Shown: positions 51,131-62,618 of the stretch, in pieces
Numbering within the stretch: position 1 is the first letter of the stretch
How the letters are laid out: every line of letters starts with the position of its first letter
Source of the DNA: Eledone cirrhosa
Lineage: Eukaryota
Length of the DNA: 64,000 nucleotides
Assembly (NCBI GenBank): GCA_964016885.1
Contig: OZ024740.1
Span: 364,994,001-365,058,000 of the forward strand
Reading direction: 5' to 3'
Notes under the pieces: model-generated
Databases searched by the model: none
Told to the model about the DNA's origin: nothing
The model's input: only the letters and a program-made list of their open reading frames with translations
Position numbers and translations under genes: made by a program

Positions 51131-53842
51131 TCATCATCATCATCATCTTCGTTTAACGTCCATTTTCCACGCTAGCATGGGTTAGACGGGAGTTGTCCCA
51201 CTTGAGGCAAGGCTGGTCGGGTGACCGTGTCTTGCTCATATAGGACTATCTGGCAGGTTTTCTACGGCTGGATGCCCTTCCTAACACCAACCACATTTAC
51301 AGTGTGGAACTGGGAATTTTTTACCGTGTTACCTACACGGCCACATTACAGCGTCGACTGTGTTTTTTTCTCGTGACACCTACTTGATCTCGATCTCATT
51401 ATCTCATTTATTTGGACTGGATGTTGTGGTACCAACTTTATAGAGAGGGGGTGGTGTTAGTGGGAGTGGGAGGATAGGGTAGGGGTAGTGGATTGGGGTG
51501 TATATTTGGTTAAGAGGTGCCTACTGACTATAGGTTTCGCTTTGTACATAGGCAAAGCGGGTCTTCTGTATTACTGCGTAGCGCCAAAGATCTCAGTCCA
51601 GTGACATTGTCTTAGAGAGGTGCAAGTGTGTAAGGTCGGAATTTATCAAATCGTCCCAGGTTTTTCTGGGTCTACCTACTCCGTAACTTCCATCAATTTT
51701 GATCGCCCTGCACTTTTTTATACAGCTGTCGTCTTTCATGCGCATCACGTGGCCATACCAACGTAGTCTTCTCTCAAGTAAACAGCATCTGATCCCTCTT
51801 ATTCCTAATTTCTCACTTAGTTCATTTATGCTTTGCCGTTCACATATATTACTATTACACATCCAACGGAGCATGCATGCTTCGTTCCTTTCCAGTCTGC
51901 ACAGGTCCTCTGCACGTAATGCCCATGTCTCACTGCCATGTAGCATTGCTGTTCGTATACAAGCATCATACAATCTGCCTTTCATTTTTAGAGAGAAACC
52001 TTTTGTGGCCAACAGCTCTCTGAACTTTTTCCATCCCGTTCTGACTCTGGCTACTGTACTTTCAGAACACCCTCCACCACTGCTGATTTTGATACCCAGG
52101 TAACGGAAAGTGTCTACTATTTCTATAGAACCATCTGGGCAATAGAAGGAGCTAGTATCCTGTGGACACTTGCTACCTATTGCACCTGAGCATCGGCCCC
52201 ATATAAAGTCTACGTTCTTAGATAGTTTACCTATGATCCCACTACATCTTTTATGTACCCATACTTTGCATTTGGAACATAAAATTGAATTTCTGCCTAC
52301 TCCTTCCCTACACACTGAGCATGGCCATTTCCCTGAGGGTACCTGTGCCTTATTTTCCTTTCTACAAACTAGGACTTTAGCCTTAGACAAGTTAACTTTA
52401 AGGCCTTTTGATTCTAGGCCATGCTTCCATGTTTGGAATTTCTTCTCTAGTTCAGCCATTGCTATGAGCGTTAGATCATCTGCGTATAGGAGTTCCCATG
52501 GGCAGCCGGTCTTGAACACCTCTGTTATAGTCTGAAGGGCAATAAAAAATAGGAGGGGGATAAGGACAGAGCCTTGAGGGACACCTACTTTTACACTAAA
52601 TTGTTCACAATATTCATTGTTAATTCTAACCTTACTGACTGTTTCATTATACATAGCTTGTATAGCTCTCACAAGCCATTCATCAACACCTAGTTTTCTA
52701 AGAGCCCACCAGATAATGGAGCGGGGAACTCTGTCAAGGGCTTTCTCCAGGTCTACAAAAGCTACGTAGAGGGGTTTACTTTTAGCTAGGTACTTCTCTT
52801 GTAGTTGTCGTATAAGGAAAAGAGCGTCTGTGGTACTTTTACCTAACACAAACCCAAACTGCATTTCATCTAGATCAATTCGCTCTCTGATTAGTTGCGC
52901 TATAACTCTTTCTGTGACCTCCATGACCTGGTCAACTAACTTAATGCCTCTATAGTTTCCTCTATCTAGAGCATCTCCTTTACCCTTGTAGCAGTTAATG
53001 ATGTTGCTGCTACGCCAGTCTTTTGGTATGACCCCATTCTGTATTACTTGGTTAACTATATGGGTGACCATAGTATGTCCCACCATTCCAGATGCCTTCA
53101 ACAACTCAGCAACTATCTCCGAAGGCCCAGCTGCCTTGCCTGTCTTCATATATGTTTGATTGCCTTACTTATTATACTACCTTTAACTTGCACTGCTGGT
53201 CCTTCTATTGGATTGATTTGGGGCAGACTATCTTTTTCCCATTTATTCTCCTCATTTAGTAGCCTCTCGTAGTGACACTTCCAAGCTACCTTCTTATCAG
53301 TATCAGTGATGGCAAGTATACCATCATCATTTAGGACACACTTCTCCCTGACAATATCACGATTTTCCTTGACACATTGTCTAGCAATCCTGAACACCTC
53401 ACGTTTTTGGTCTTCATGTTGTAGAACATGCTTGAACTTTCTTTCCCCTGCTTCCCTTTTTGCAAGGTACACTTGTCTCCTAGCTTCTCTACTGGCCACT
53501 TGATAGTGCTCTTTACTTCCCCCATCCTGCCATACTTTCCAAGCCTGCTTTTTGGATTTGATTGTCTCTTCTACCTTACTGTTCCACCACCAAGTTACTC
53601 TCCTCCTGCCAATAGGTCTGCTCCAGCCACAGATTTCATCCGCTGCTATCAGCAGATTCATTTTCAAGAATTGCCACTGTTCCTCTCTATCGCATGTCTG
53701 TAATTGCTCTTCCTTATTGTCAAAGCCATCAAGTAATAAGCTTTTAAATTTGTCACTGGCTATGGGGTCCTTCAACTCCCATATTCTTCTCCTCAAGGCA
53801 GGCCTCCTCTGTCGTCGAGTATGTCTATTCCTGACTATGAGG
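51131..53842 (-). mobile_element. 5'-truncated RTE LINE
   Basis: ORFs 51593-53149 (RT, YADD, PHD finger) and 53146-53796; (CAT)n tail. Confidence 0.95.
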
Positions 53843-54301
53843 ATATATATTATATGATATATTTTATTATATATATATATATATAATAAAAGTATGTGTC
53901 CTATATGTAATTAATACATACAGGGATACAAGTATAGTCCGTATGCCAGTGTGGTTCAATAGCAAGTTAATTGGAATTTAATTATAGATGTATAATTATT
54001 TATTATTATTTTTGAGGTTAACTTTGCCTTTCATCCTTATGGGGTCGATAAAATAAAATACCAGTAATGTACTTAGTAATTGCTGGCCTTGTGCCAAAAA
54101 GTAGAAACAATTATTTTTTAAGATCTTTTCTGTGTTTACACCCCCTTGGTTTTATATATATATATGTAGTAATAATTATCCTCACTTTTTTCTGTTCATA
54201 GCCAGGGAACGTCTTCACGAACTAAACTATCGTCTTCCTGTTTTCCTTCGGTTGCAACGTTTTTGAAATATTTACTTCTGCGACCATGGATTGATTTTTT
54301 T

Positions 54302-54352
54302 AGTTTCAGAAGATTCCATTAAGGACGAAAGCAGCGATTCTTTGCTTAAACT
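54302..54352 (+). ncRNA. Type I hammerhead with one core substitution
   Basis: agttt-CAGAAGA-ttccattaaggac-GAAA-gca...tgc-TT-aaact. All three stems form. Confidence 0.6.
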
Positions 54353-54384
54353 TTAATCTGTTATTTTAATAAATATATATATGT

Positions 54385-54721
54385 GGAGGCACATGGCTTA
54401 GTGGTTAGAGCATTGGCCTTGCAATCGAAAGGTTGTGAGTTCAATTCTCATACCGGGTGATGTGTTGTTTCCTTGAGCAAGACACTTTATTTCACATTGC
54501 TCCAGTTTACTCAGCTGTAGAAATGAGATGACAGGGACTGGGGTCCCTATCATTCCACTGCAAAGTGGTCGTGCAGGTGCCACAGCAAAAAAAGCACCCA
54601 GCACTCACTGTAAATGAGGTTGGTGTTAGGAAGGGCATCCAGCTGTAGAAATCAAGCCAGAATCAGTTCCCGTCCCACCCTTGCAAGCAGGGAAAAAGCG
54701 GACGTAAAATGAAATGAAATG
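54385..54721 (+). mobile_element. SINE family B, full length
   Basis: tRNA-like head ggaggcacatggcttagtggttag...gagttcaattctc, CORE-like ccttgagcaagacactt, RTE-type tail and (AATGA)n. Confidence 0.9.
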
Positions 54722-54744
54722 ATAATATATATATATATATATAT

Positions 54745-56092
54745 ATCATCCTCATTTTACGTCCGCTTTTCCATGCTTGCAAGGGTGGGATGGGTCCTAT
54801 TCAGCACAGCATCTCTCCACTTGTCACGGTCCTTTGTCATCTCCTCCGTGAGTTTCAGCGATCTGAGGTCTGCTCTCACCACCTCCGCCCATGTTTTTCA
54901 TGGACTTCCTTCAACTGGGATTTCTTGGCACTTCTTTACCCAGTGGTCATCCTCCATGCACATCACATGTCCATACCATTGCAGCCTTCTCTCCCGCACA
55001 CTACAACTTATCCCTCTTAAACACAGCTTCTCTCTCAACACATCCATGCTTGGTCATTCACGTACATTGACATTGTACATCCAACGGACCATGCTTGCTT
55101 CATTTCTCTCCAGCCATCACATATCCTCTGCAGTTGCTGCCCATGTCTCACTACCATGCAGCATCGCGCACCTCACACAGGCATCATATAACCGGCCTTT
55201 CGTATGCAGGGAGAAACCCTTCTTTGTCAGCAGATGAAGCAGCTCCCTAAACTTCCTCCAACCCGTCCTTATTCTAGATACTATGGCCTCGGAACACCCC
55301 CTACCATGCTAATCTGATCACCTAGGTACCGGAAGCTATCAACCACTTCTATAGAACCTACCTGCATTTGAAAAATGTGTCTATCAATGCGACTTCTACT
55401 GTCAAATTTCCCTGTACATCTACTGCATATGTATTTTTCACTACCTGTTAGTTTGCCTGCTATCCCACTACAACTCTTGTGTACCCAAGATCTGCATTGT
55501 GTACATTTCAGAATTTATGCCAGTTCCTTTTCTGCATATTGAACATGGCCATTTCCTTGATGGAATCAGAGTTTTGTCCTCTTTTCTACTCATCAACACT
55601 TTTGTCTTAGCTAGGTTCACTCTCAGTCCTCTTGCTTCCAACTGCTGTTTCCATAGCCAGAATTTATTCTCTAGCTCCTCTACTGATTCTGCTATAAGAA
55701 CCAGATCGTCAGCATAGAGAAGTTCCCATGGGCAGCCAGTCTTAAACTCCTCTGTTATGGCTTTGAGGACTATAATGAACAAGAGTGGGCTGAGGACCAA
55801 ACCCTGATGTATCTTGTATCTGGAATTCCTCACTAAACTCCATTCCTACCCTCACTTTACTGACAGCACCTCTGTACAAAGCTTGTACTGTCCTCACAAG
55901 CCATTCCTCAACACCTAGTTTCCTTAGGGACCACCAGATGACAGATCGAGGTACCCTATCAAAGGTCTTCTCTAGGTCAACAAAAGCTAAGTATAGTGGC
56001 TTATTCTTCTCTAAGAACCTCTCTTGTAGTTGTCTCATTAAGAAGAGGGCATCTGTTGTACTTTTCCCAGGCACAAAACTAAACTGCATCTC
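54745..56092 (-). mobile_element. 5'-truncated, decayed RTE LINE (second family)
   Basis: ORFs 55742-56143 (FVDLEKTFDRV) and 55468-55833 (YADD, KWPCSICRK); 3' end matches 40633-41106. Confidence 0.9.
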
Positions 56093-56110
56093 ATATATAT
56101 ATATATATAT

Positions 56111-57315
56111 TCGGTACACAAGGATGCAATTCACTTCTAGCACTCAACGCCATATTCCCAATGACAGGGGTGCCGGAGTATATTAATAAAGATGAAAATG
56201 CAAAGCTGAAGGTGTTAGAGTCCTTTATTATTTGAGCTGTTATATATATTTCAATGACGATAAACATTGTGATGTCTTCAGACAGCAAAAATCGATTAAA
56301 AGGTAACAGTTCTGAGGCAATTTTATTTGGAAGGGAGTGGACTAAAAAAAATGTGTTTTTGCTTTGGTTGTCCACCCCCTTCTGGTTTCACGCCATCCAG
56401 ATAGCTCTGCGCATGTCATGTGTGGGTGGCTGACCCCTTCACCTACACCCAGAATACTACCAACCTTGTATGTTCTCTCCCTCTAGTAATCTCCCACCTC
56501 CTTGGCCGACAACTCGATATCGTCAGTGGGAGTTCAAGCCAGCCCAAATTTACTGCTAGCTTTGGCAACCGGTAGGATTTCGATGCATTTGTACCCGCCA
56601 TCTGTTTATGGCGGGATAATCACCCCAAAGCAAGAAAGTTCCCTTCTGCTATGGTTAATATAACTTATCATAGATAATATTTAAAGTTTCCCAATCCGAA
56701 AAAATTTCTAAGTTTCAAACATTAATAGTTGAAAAATTAGGAGTCCAGACAACTAGGCAACAGTCAATTTGCTAAGGATAAGAAGATATCTGGCCACTTG
56801 TCGTGGATGACATGTAAAATTTAAAGTATTTAATTTAACAAGTGTTAAAATTAAAAATAAACGAATGTAAAAAATTAAACAAATGTAAAAATAAAAAATT
56901 AAACAATCCTACAGTTGGTATCCCAGTCAATCCGGTGGAGACAAAAAGATACATTTATGGTTTAAGTAAAAATGTACAAGTAAGGAAGAACGAGGGAAAA
57001 AACGAAGAAAAATACATAGAATAAAATAAAGGGGAGAAAAAATATATATGAATATAAGGTAAAAAGACCTATAGAGAGAATGAAGGAAACATAGAAGGAA
57101 AAATCCGTGATAAATGTATGAGTGGGGGCGAGTTATAGAGAGTCAGTTATATTCACAGTGCTTCGAGTATTTTGGTCCATGCAGTTGCAGCTGGGTGAAC
57201 CTCGCAGACTGTCCATGGCTATAAGAGATGGGGTGGAACCCAGCGGGAGATCCGCCTTCCAGGGTGTTGTATGGAGAATAAGAGGTAGTAGTTGCTTCTT
57301 TTTTTTTCATCTTTA
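56111..57315 (-). mobile_element. Putative non-autonomous PLE-type element between (TA)n tracts
   Basis: Hammerhead at 56236-56286 and terminal tactcc...gagtgct hairpin at 56139-56180. The upstream extent is inferred from the flanking (TA)n. Confidence 0.55.
56236..56286 (-). ncRNA. Type I hammerhead ribozyme
   Basis: Minus strand: gctgt-CTGAAGA-catcacaatgtttatcgtcatt-GAAA-tatata-TA-acagc. Confidence 0.8.
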
Positions 57316-57330
57316 TATATATATATATAT

Positions 57331-58137
57331 GCAAAAGGCTTTTCCCTCAAAATGAAAGGCAGACTGTATGATGCGTGTATACGAACAGCAATGTTACATG
57401 GTAGTGAGACCTGGATGCTGTCTGTAGAAGACTTGCGTAGATTAGAAAGAAACGAAGCCTGCATGCTCCAATAGATGTGTAATAGTAATATACGCGAAGA
57501 GCGAAGTATAAACGAATTAAGAGAGAGACTGAGCATAAGAGGAATCAAATGCTGTGTGCAGGAGAGGAGGTTGCGTTGGTATGGACATGAGATGCGTATG
57601 AAGTATGACAGCTGCATAAAAAGGTGCAGAGCTCTAGAAGTCGATGGAAGCTGCAGGGTGGGGAGACCCAAGAGCACCTGGGATGAGGGGATAAAAGCCG
57701 ACCTTACCCAACTGCACCTCTCAAGAGCAATGACACACGACTGTGACCTCTGGCGTCACGCAGTAACACAGAAGACCCCCCCCCCCCCCCCCACCACCAC
57801 CACCCACACGTGAACAAGCCAAAGCTGAAGCATATAGACAATATGCCCCCACACGCTCCCACTGCAAAGTGGTTATGGAGGTGCCACGGCAAAAAAGCAC
57901 CCAGCCCACACTGTAAAGGGAACGTTTAGGCGCCACGGAAAAAAGCACCCAGCACTCACTGTAAATGAGGTTGGTGTTCGGAAGGGCATCCAGCTGTAGA
58001 AATCAAGCCAGAATCAGTTCCCAAATGAGCAAAACAAGGTCAGCCGACTGGACACTGCTCACAACAGGACAACCCATCTAACCCATGCTAGCGTGGAAGA
58101 ACGGACGTAAAACGGTGATGATGATGATGATGATGAT
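57331..58137 (+). mobile_element. RTE LINE 3' end with (GAT)n tail
   Basis: AKGFSLKMKGRLYDACIRTAMLHGSETW...RRLRWYGH...GRPKSTW. Confidence 0.9.
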
Positions 58138-58147
58138 ATATATATAT

Positions 58148-58477
58148 GGAGGCACATGGCTTAGTGGTTAGAGCATTGGCCTTGCAATCAAAAGGTTGTG
58201 AGTTCAATTCTCAGACCGGGTGATGTGTTGTTTCCTTGAGCAAGACACTTTATTTCACATTGCTCCAGTTTACTCAGCTGTAGAAATGAGATGATAGGGA
58301 TTGGGGTCCATATCATTCCACTGCAAAGTGGTCGTGGAGGTGCCACGGCAAAAAAGCACCCAGCACTCACCGTAAATGAGGTTGGTGTTAGGAAGGGCAT
58401 CCAGCTGTAGAAATCAAGCCAGAATCAGTTCCCGTCCCACCCTTGCAAGCAGGGAAAAAGCGGACGTAAAATGATGA
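58148..58477 (+). mobile_element. SINE family B, full length
   Basis: Near-identical to 54385-54721. Confidence 0.9.
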
Positions 58478-58849
58478 TATATATATACACACACATATAT
58501 ATATATATATCATATATACTCGTGTATAAGTCATACCATTTAAAAAAAAAAAAAAATCAATTCTGTATGAGCAAGACATGGTCACTTGACCTGACATTAC
58601 CCACAACAGGACAACTTGTCTAACCCATGCTAGCATGGAAGAATGGACGTAAAACAGTGATGATGATGATGATGATCATGGTCATGATATACTCTTTTAC
58701 TCTTTTACCTGTTCCAGCCATTCAGCTGAGGCCATATATATAAGTGGATAGTATCACCCATTCACTTTTTCTATCTCTAGGGATTTACATGGCCAGCTTG
58801 TTTGACTGTTTTCCAAGTAAAAAAACTTATGTAGATGCAGCTTACTTCA

Positions 58850-59205
58850 AGCAATGATGATGTTGTTGATGATAGTGGTAATGATGGTAATACTGATACT
58901 GCTACTTCTGCTGCTGATGATGGTGACAATGATAATGGCTGCGATGATGATTGTGGTGATGGTGATGATGATGATGATAATGATGATGGTGAGGTTGATG
59001 ATGAAAATGATGATAAGGGAGTGATGATGATGAGGAAAATAGCAATAATGATTATAATTTGAAGTTGGATAAAGACAATAATAGTGGTAGTGATGGTATT
59101 GAGTATGGTGGTTATGATGATGATGATGATGATGATGATAATGAAGTTGATGATGATGATGATGATGAAGTTGATGATGATGATGATGGTAAAAATAAAT
59201 GATGA
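58850..59205. repeat. Degenerate (GAT)n-rich tract
   Basis: Visible low complexity. Confidence 0.85.
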
Positions 59206-59717
59206 CATTTTGAGGAAAGAAAGCTGACTTATAGTTGAAAAGATATGTTTTGATGGATGTAACACTTCTATTTACATAAAACTACAAAATAAAACATAAA
59301 AAAAAATAAAAGTCCATTTGTTTTTTTCAGTTCCATAATAGATATTATTGTAATTGTGAATATAAATATTTTATAGCTGAGACAAATTTTCTTTATGTTG
59401 ATGTTGAAAAATTTTCTTTCATAGCTTTGATATATCTAGTGAAAAATTCTTTTTAAAAAAATAAACAAAAACAACAGCAACAACAAAAAATTGACTACAA
59501 ACGTTCATAGAAGTATTTTGATAGTAATAATGTCCTAGCATTTGCTTGTAAACAAAGAGTTTTTTTTCTTCTCTCCATGCAAATCAAATAGTATATATAC
59601 ATTCGAATGAAACAGTTCTAGTCCTGTAGAAGTCATTTCTATATTAAAAATTTATACTCTGCTATGTATTAAGTACCTTACTTACTGTGGTTACCCCCAA
59701 TTGAACCTGGTATATAT

Positions 59718-59757
<40 letters not shown>

Positions 59758-59852
59758 TTATGTATATATATATATATATAAAGAAAAAGAGATGAAATCG
59801 AAAATGCAACTGAAGTCTTATTTTTTTTAAAAATATATATATTTATTTGGTT

Positions 59853-59887
59853 CCTTTACCGGTTTCGCAGTTCTGCTTTTCAAAAGG
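59853..59887 (-). ncRNA. Degenerate minimal hammerhead
   Basis: Minus strand: cctt-TTGAAAA-gcag-aa-ctgc-GAAA-ccgg-TA-aagg. Two core transitions, all stems intact. Confidence 0.6.
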
Positions 59888-60106
59888 TGAGTTGAGATGG
59901 AGGGTCTGTGGTTTTTCTCACATATATGTATACAGACGTACAGTAGTATGTATATACATACATACATGCACACATATATATATGTACGTATGGGTTTACC
60001 GAACATTTATTATAATGTTCGGTTTGTTTGTAAACACACAGCTCGAATTAAGCCATACAGTGTTCGGCAATCATCGTTGCCCTTTTGTTCAACACTGACA
60101 AAGGAA

Positions 60107-60147
60107 CGATGAACTAGTTTCTAGCTTCTTAGCTGTCATCAGCACCG
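60107..60147 (-). ncRNA. Minimal type I hammerhead ribozyme
   Basis: Minus strand: cggtg-CTGATGA-cagct-aaga-agcta-GAAA-ctag-TT-catcg. Stem I extends via tgacaggaagg/ttcctttgtca. Confidence 0.75.
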
Positions 60148-60237
60148 TATACCTTCCTGTCAATCGATTGAACATTTGAAAGTATATACTTTCCTTATGC
60201 ATATTAACGGCTGAGTAGCCTAATTTGCATATCGAGT

Positions 60238-60428
60238 GAGTCAATTCTCAGACCGGGTGATGTGTTGTTGACACTTTATTTCACATTGCTCCAGTTTACT
60301 CAGCTGTAGAAATGAGATGATAGGACATGGTGTTAGGAAGGGCATCCAGCTGTAGAAATCAAGCCAGAATCAGTTCCCGTCCCACCCTTGGAAGCAGGGA
60401 AAAGCGGACGTAAAATGAAATGAAATGA
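60238..60428 (+). mobile_element. SINE family B, deleted copy
   Basis: Matches the 54385-54721 head and tail with internal deletions. Confidence 0.8.
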
Positions 60429-61879
60429 TATAGCTTGTGTAACAAATTTCATGCTGCATGGTAATGTGGAGTACCTGTGGAGATTGGAGACACATGAATT
60501 GAATAACAGCTCTTTCAATGTGCAATTTTAACATACATGACAAACTTGCGAGATCAATGAGAATTATAATGCTTGTACCACGTGAAACCACATTAGCAAG
60601 AGATTCTTTTAAAGTACAAAATATTGCTATAACTGCATCATATTAAGTACTAAATTCTTTACTCTAATACTGCAAATTTTCACAATGAACTGTTTACTAT
60701 TAAAGATACTATAAACATTTAAATTAACAAGTGATAGTGCTGGTGTCATTTTAAAAAGCTTCCAGTTCACCATATAAAATTGTAGTGCTGGTGTTACAAC
60801 AGAAAGCACCCAGTCTACTCTTTAATTTGAAAGTGTCAGAGTCGCAAGAAAATGCTTCTACTACAGGCTATAAAATGGTTGGCATTAGGAAGGACATCCA
60901 GCCACAGAATCCAAGCCAAAATTGAAGCATACAAGAATGATGTGGTCACCTGACCTGTCTAGTCTCAGTGCAAGATAACCTAACACATGCAAGCATAGGA
61001 AATAGACATAAAACAATGATGGAGGTGACAATGATACTGCATTCTTGAAAAGTACAAAACAGCACTATGACTACATCACATTAAAAATTATGTCTTTCCT
61101 TTAGTTTATTGCAATTTTCAAAACAATCTCTCCATTAGTAAAGATACTCTAAACCTTTTAAATTAACAAACCAGCATGAAACTGCAGTCCTAAAACATTC
61201 CTGAAAAGTACAAAACTATGGCTGTATCACATTAAATATTACAGTCTTTACTTTAATATGGCAAATATTCACAACAATCTGTCCACTAGTAAAGAATCTA
61301 TAAACATTTGATTTAACCAACCTATTTTTAAACATTTTCTGCTAAATTCTTACTGGATGTCAGTGAGAATTGATTACATCAGCTGATGAATACAGGAAAG
61401 ATGATTGTACTTGTATGGTTATATGATGAGCTGTAGGTGTTGAAATGCTATATGTTAACTGTGGAAAGCCCATGTACTAAGAGATTGAGGAAGACAGAAG
61501 CAAAGTAAAAAGGTTAGATGCTTACAGACAAAATGTTTCAGTATTGAATATTCCAGTTATTTGGACAATGGAATAGGCTACTCATGAAATTAACATATAA
61601 GTGACTAAGTATTTCACAGATAAATATATTGTGGTGTTGGACCTACATCGATTTAATCAATGGAATAGCCTACTCATCAAATTAACATGTAAGTGGCCAA
61701 GCATTCCACAGACAGAGTAGTTCTCAGAGAGATTCAGCATAACACAATGTGTCAAAAAGCTGACCCTTTGAATTACAGGTACAACTCATTTTTTCCAGCT
61801 GAGTGGACTAGAAGTCAAACTTATGACCTTACAATTGTGAACTAAATAGCCTAACTACTAAGCCATACACTTTCATTTG

Positions 61880-62212
61880 TATCATCATCATCATCGTTTA
61901 ACGTCCATCTTCCACGCTAGCATGGGTTAGACGGTTTTGTTCCATTTGATGTGGGAATGGTCGGGAGATCATGTCTCACTCACACGGAAGCATCTCTGGC
62001 AGATTTTTTACAGCTGGATGCCCTTCCTCACCAACCACATTTACAGTGTGGACTGGGAGCCTTTTCACCATGTCTCCTACATGGCCACTTTACAGTATGG
62101 ACTGTTGTGTCATCGACACAGTGGACAGAACAGGAGAGAGAGGATGGGGCACGATGTGGGGGTGGGGTGTACATTGGGTTAAGAGGTGCCTACTGACTGT
62201 AGGTTTGTATCC
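61880..62212 (-). mobile_element. RTE 3' UTR fragment with (CAT)n tail
   Basis: Diverged match to 51131-51545. Confidence 0.75.
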
Positions 62213-62337
62213 TTAGTGTACATTGCAGCGACCTTCAGCATGACACAATGGGATTCTAAGCAGTTTCTGTCTATCAAATCTCTTTCACAAGGCAACAGTT
62301 AACCAAAGGTTATAGTTGAAGACTATAAAATGCTATG

Positions 62338-62618
62338 CAGAGGCGTAACTAAGGTATGGTAAGCATGGCACATGTCATGGACGCCACTTGGACTAGGAGC
62401 ACGTTCTACTAAAGTCTAATAAACCTCGTCGGAGAGTGAAAAAAGAAACTTCTTCAGATGTATGATTTGTCTCTGATTAACGTGGGGGAGAACACTATGG
62501 TGGCTGGATCATTAAACCATTTATATAAATTATTAGGCCCATAGGTAAAAATACAATGCTGTACGGGGGCAGAATTTCACTACTTGCCATAGGCAGTTTT
62601 TCCCTAGTAATGCCTCTG
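62338..62618. mobile_element. hAT-type MITE nested in an old SINE
   Basis: TIRs cagaggcgtaactaagg and ccctagtaatgcctctg; 8-bp TSD atgctatg/gtgctatg. Confidence 0.7.

Noticed and set aside
54385-54460. tRNA gene
   Set aside because: It is a tRNA-derived SINE head continuing into SINE body; multicopy and no clean cloverleaf.
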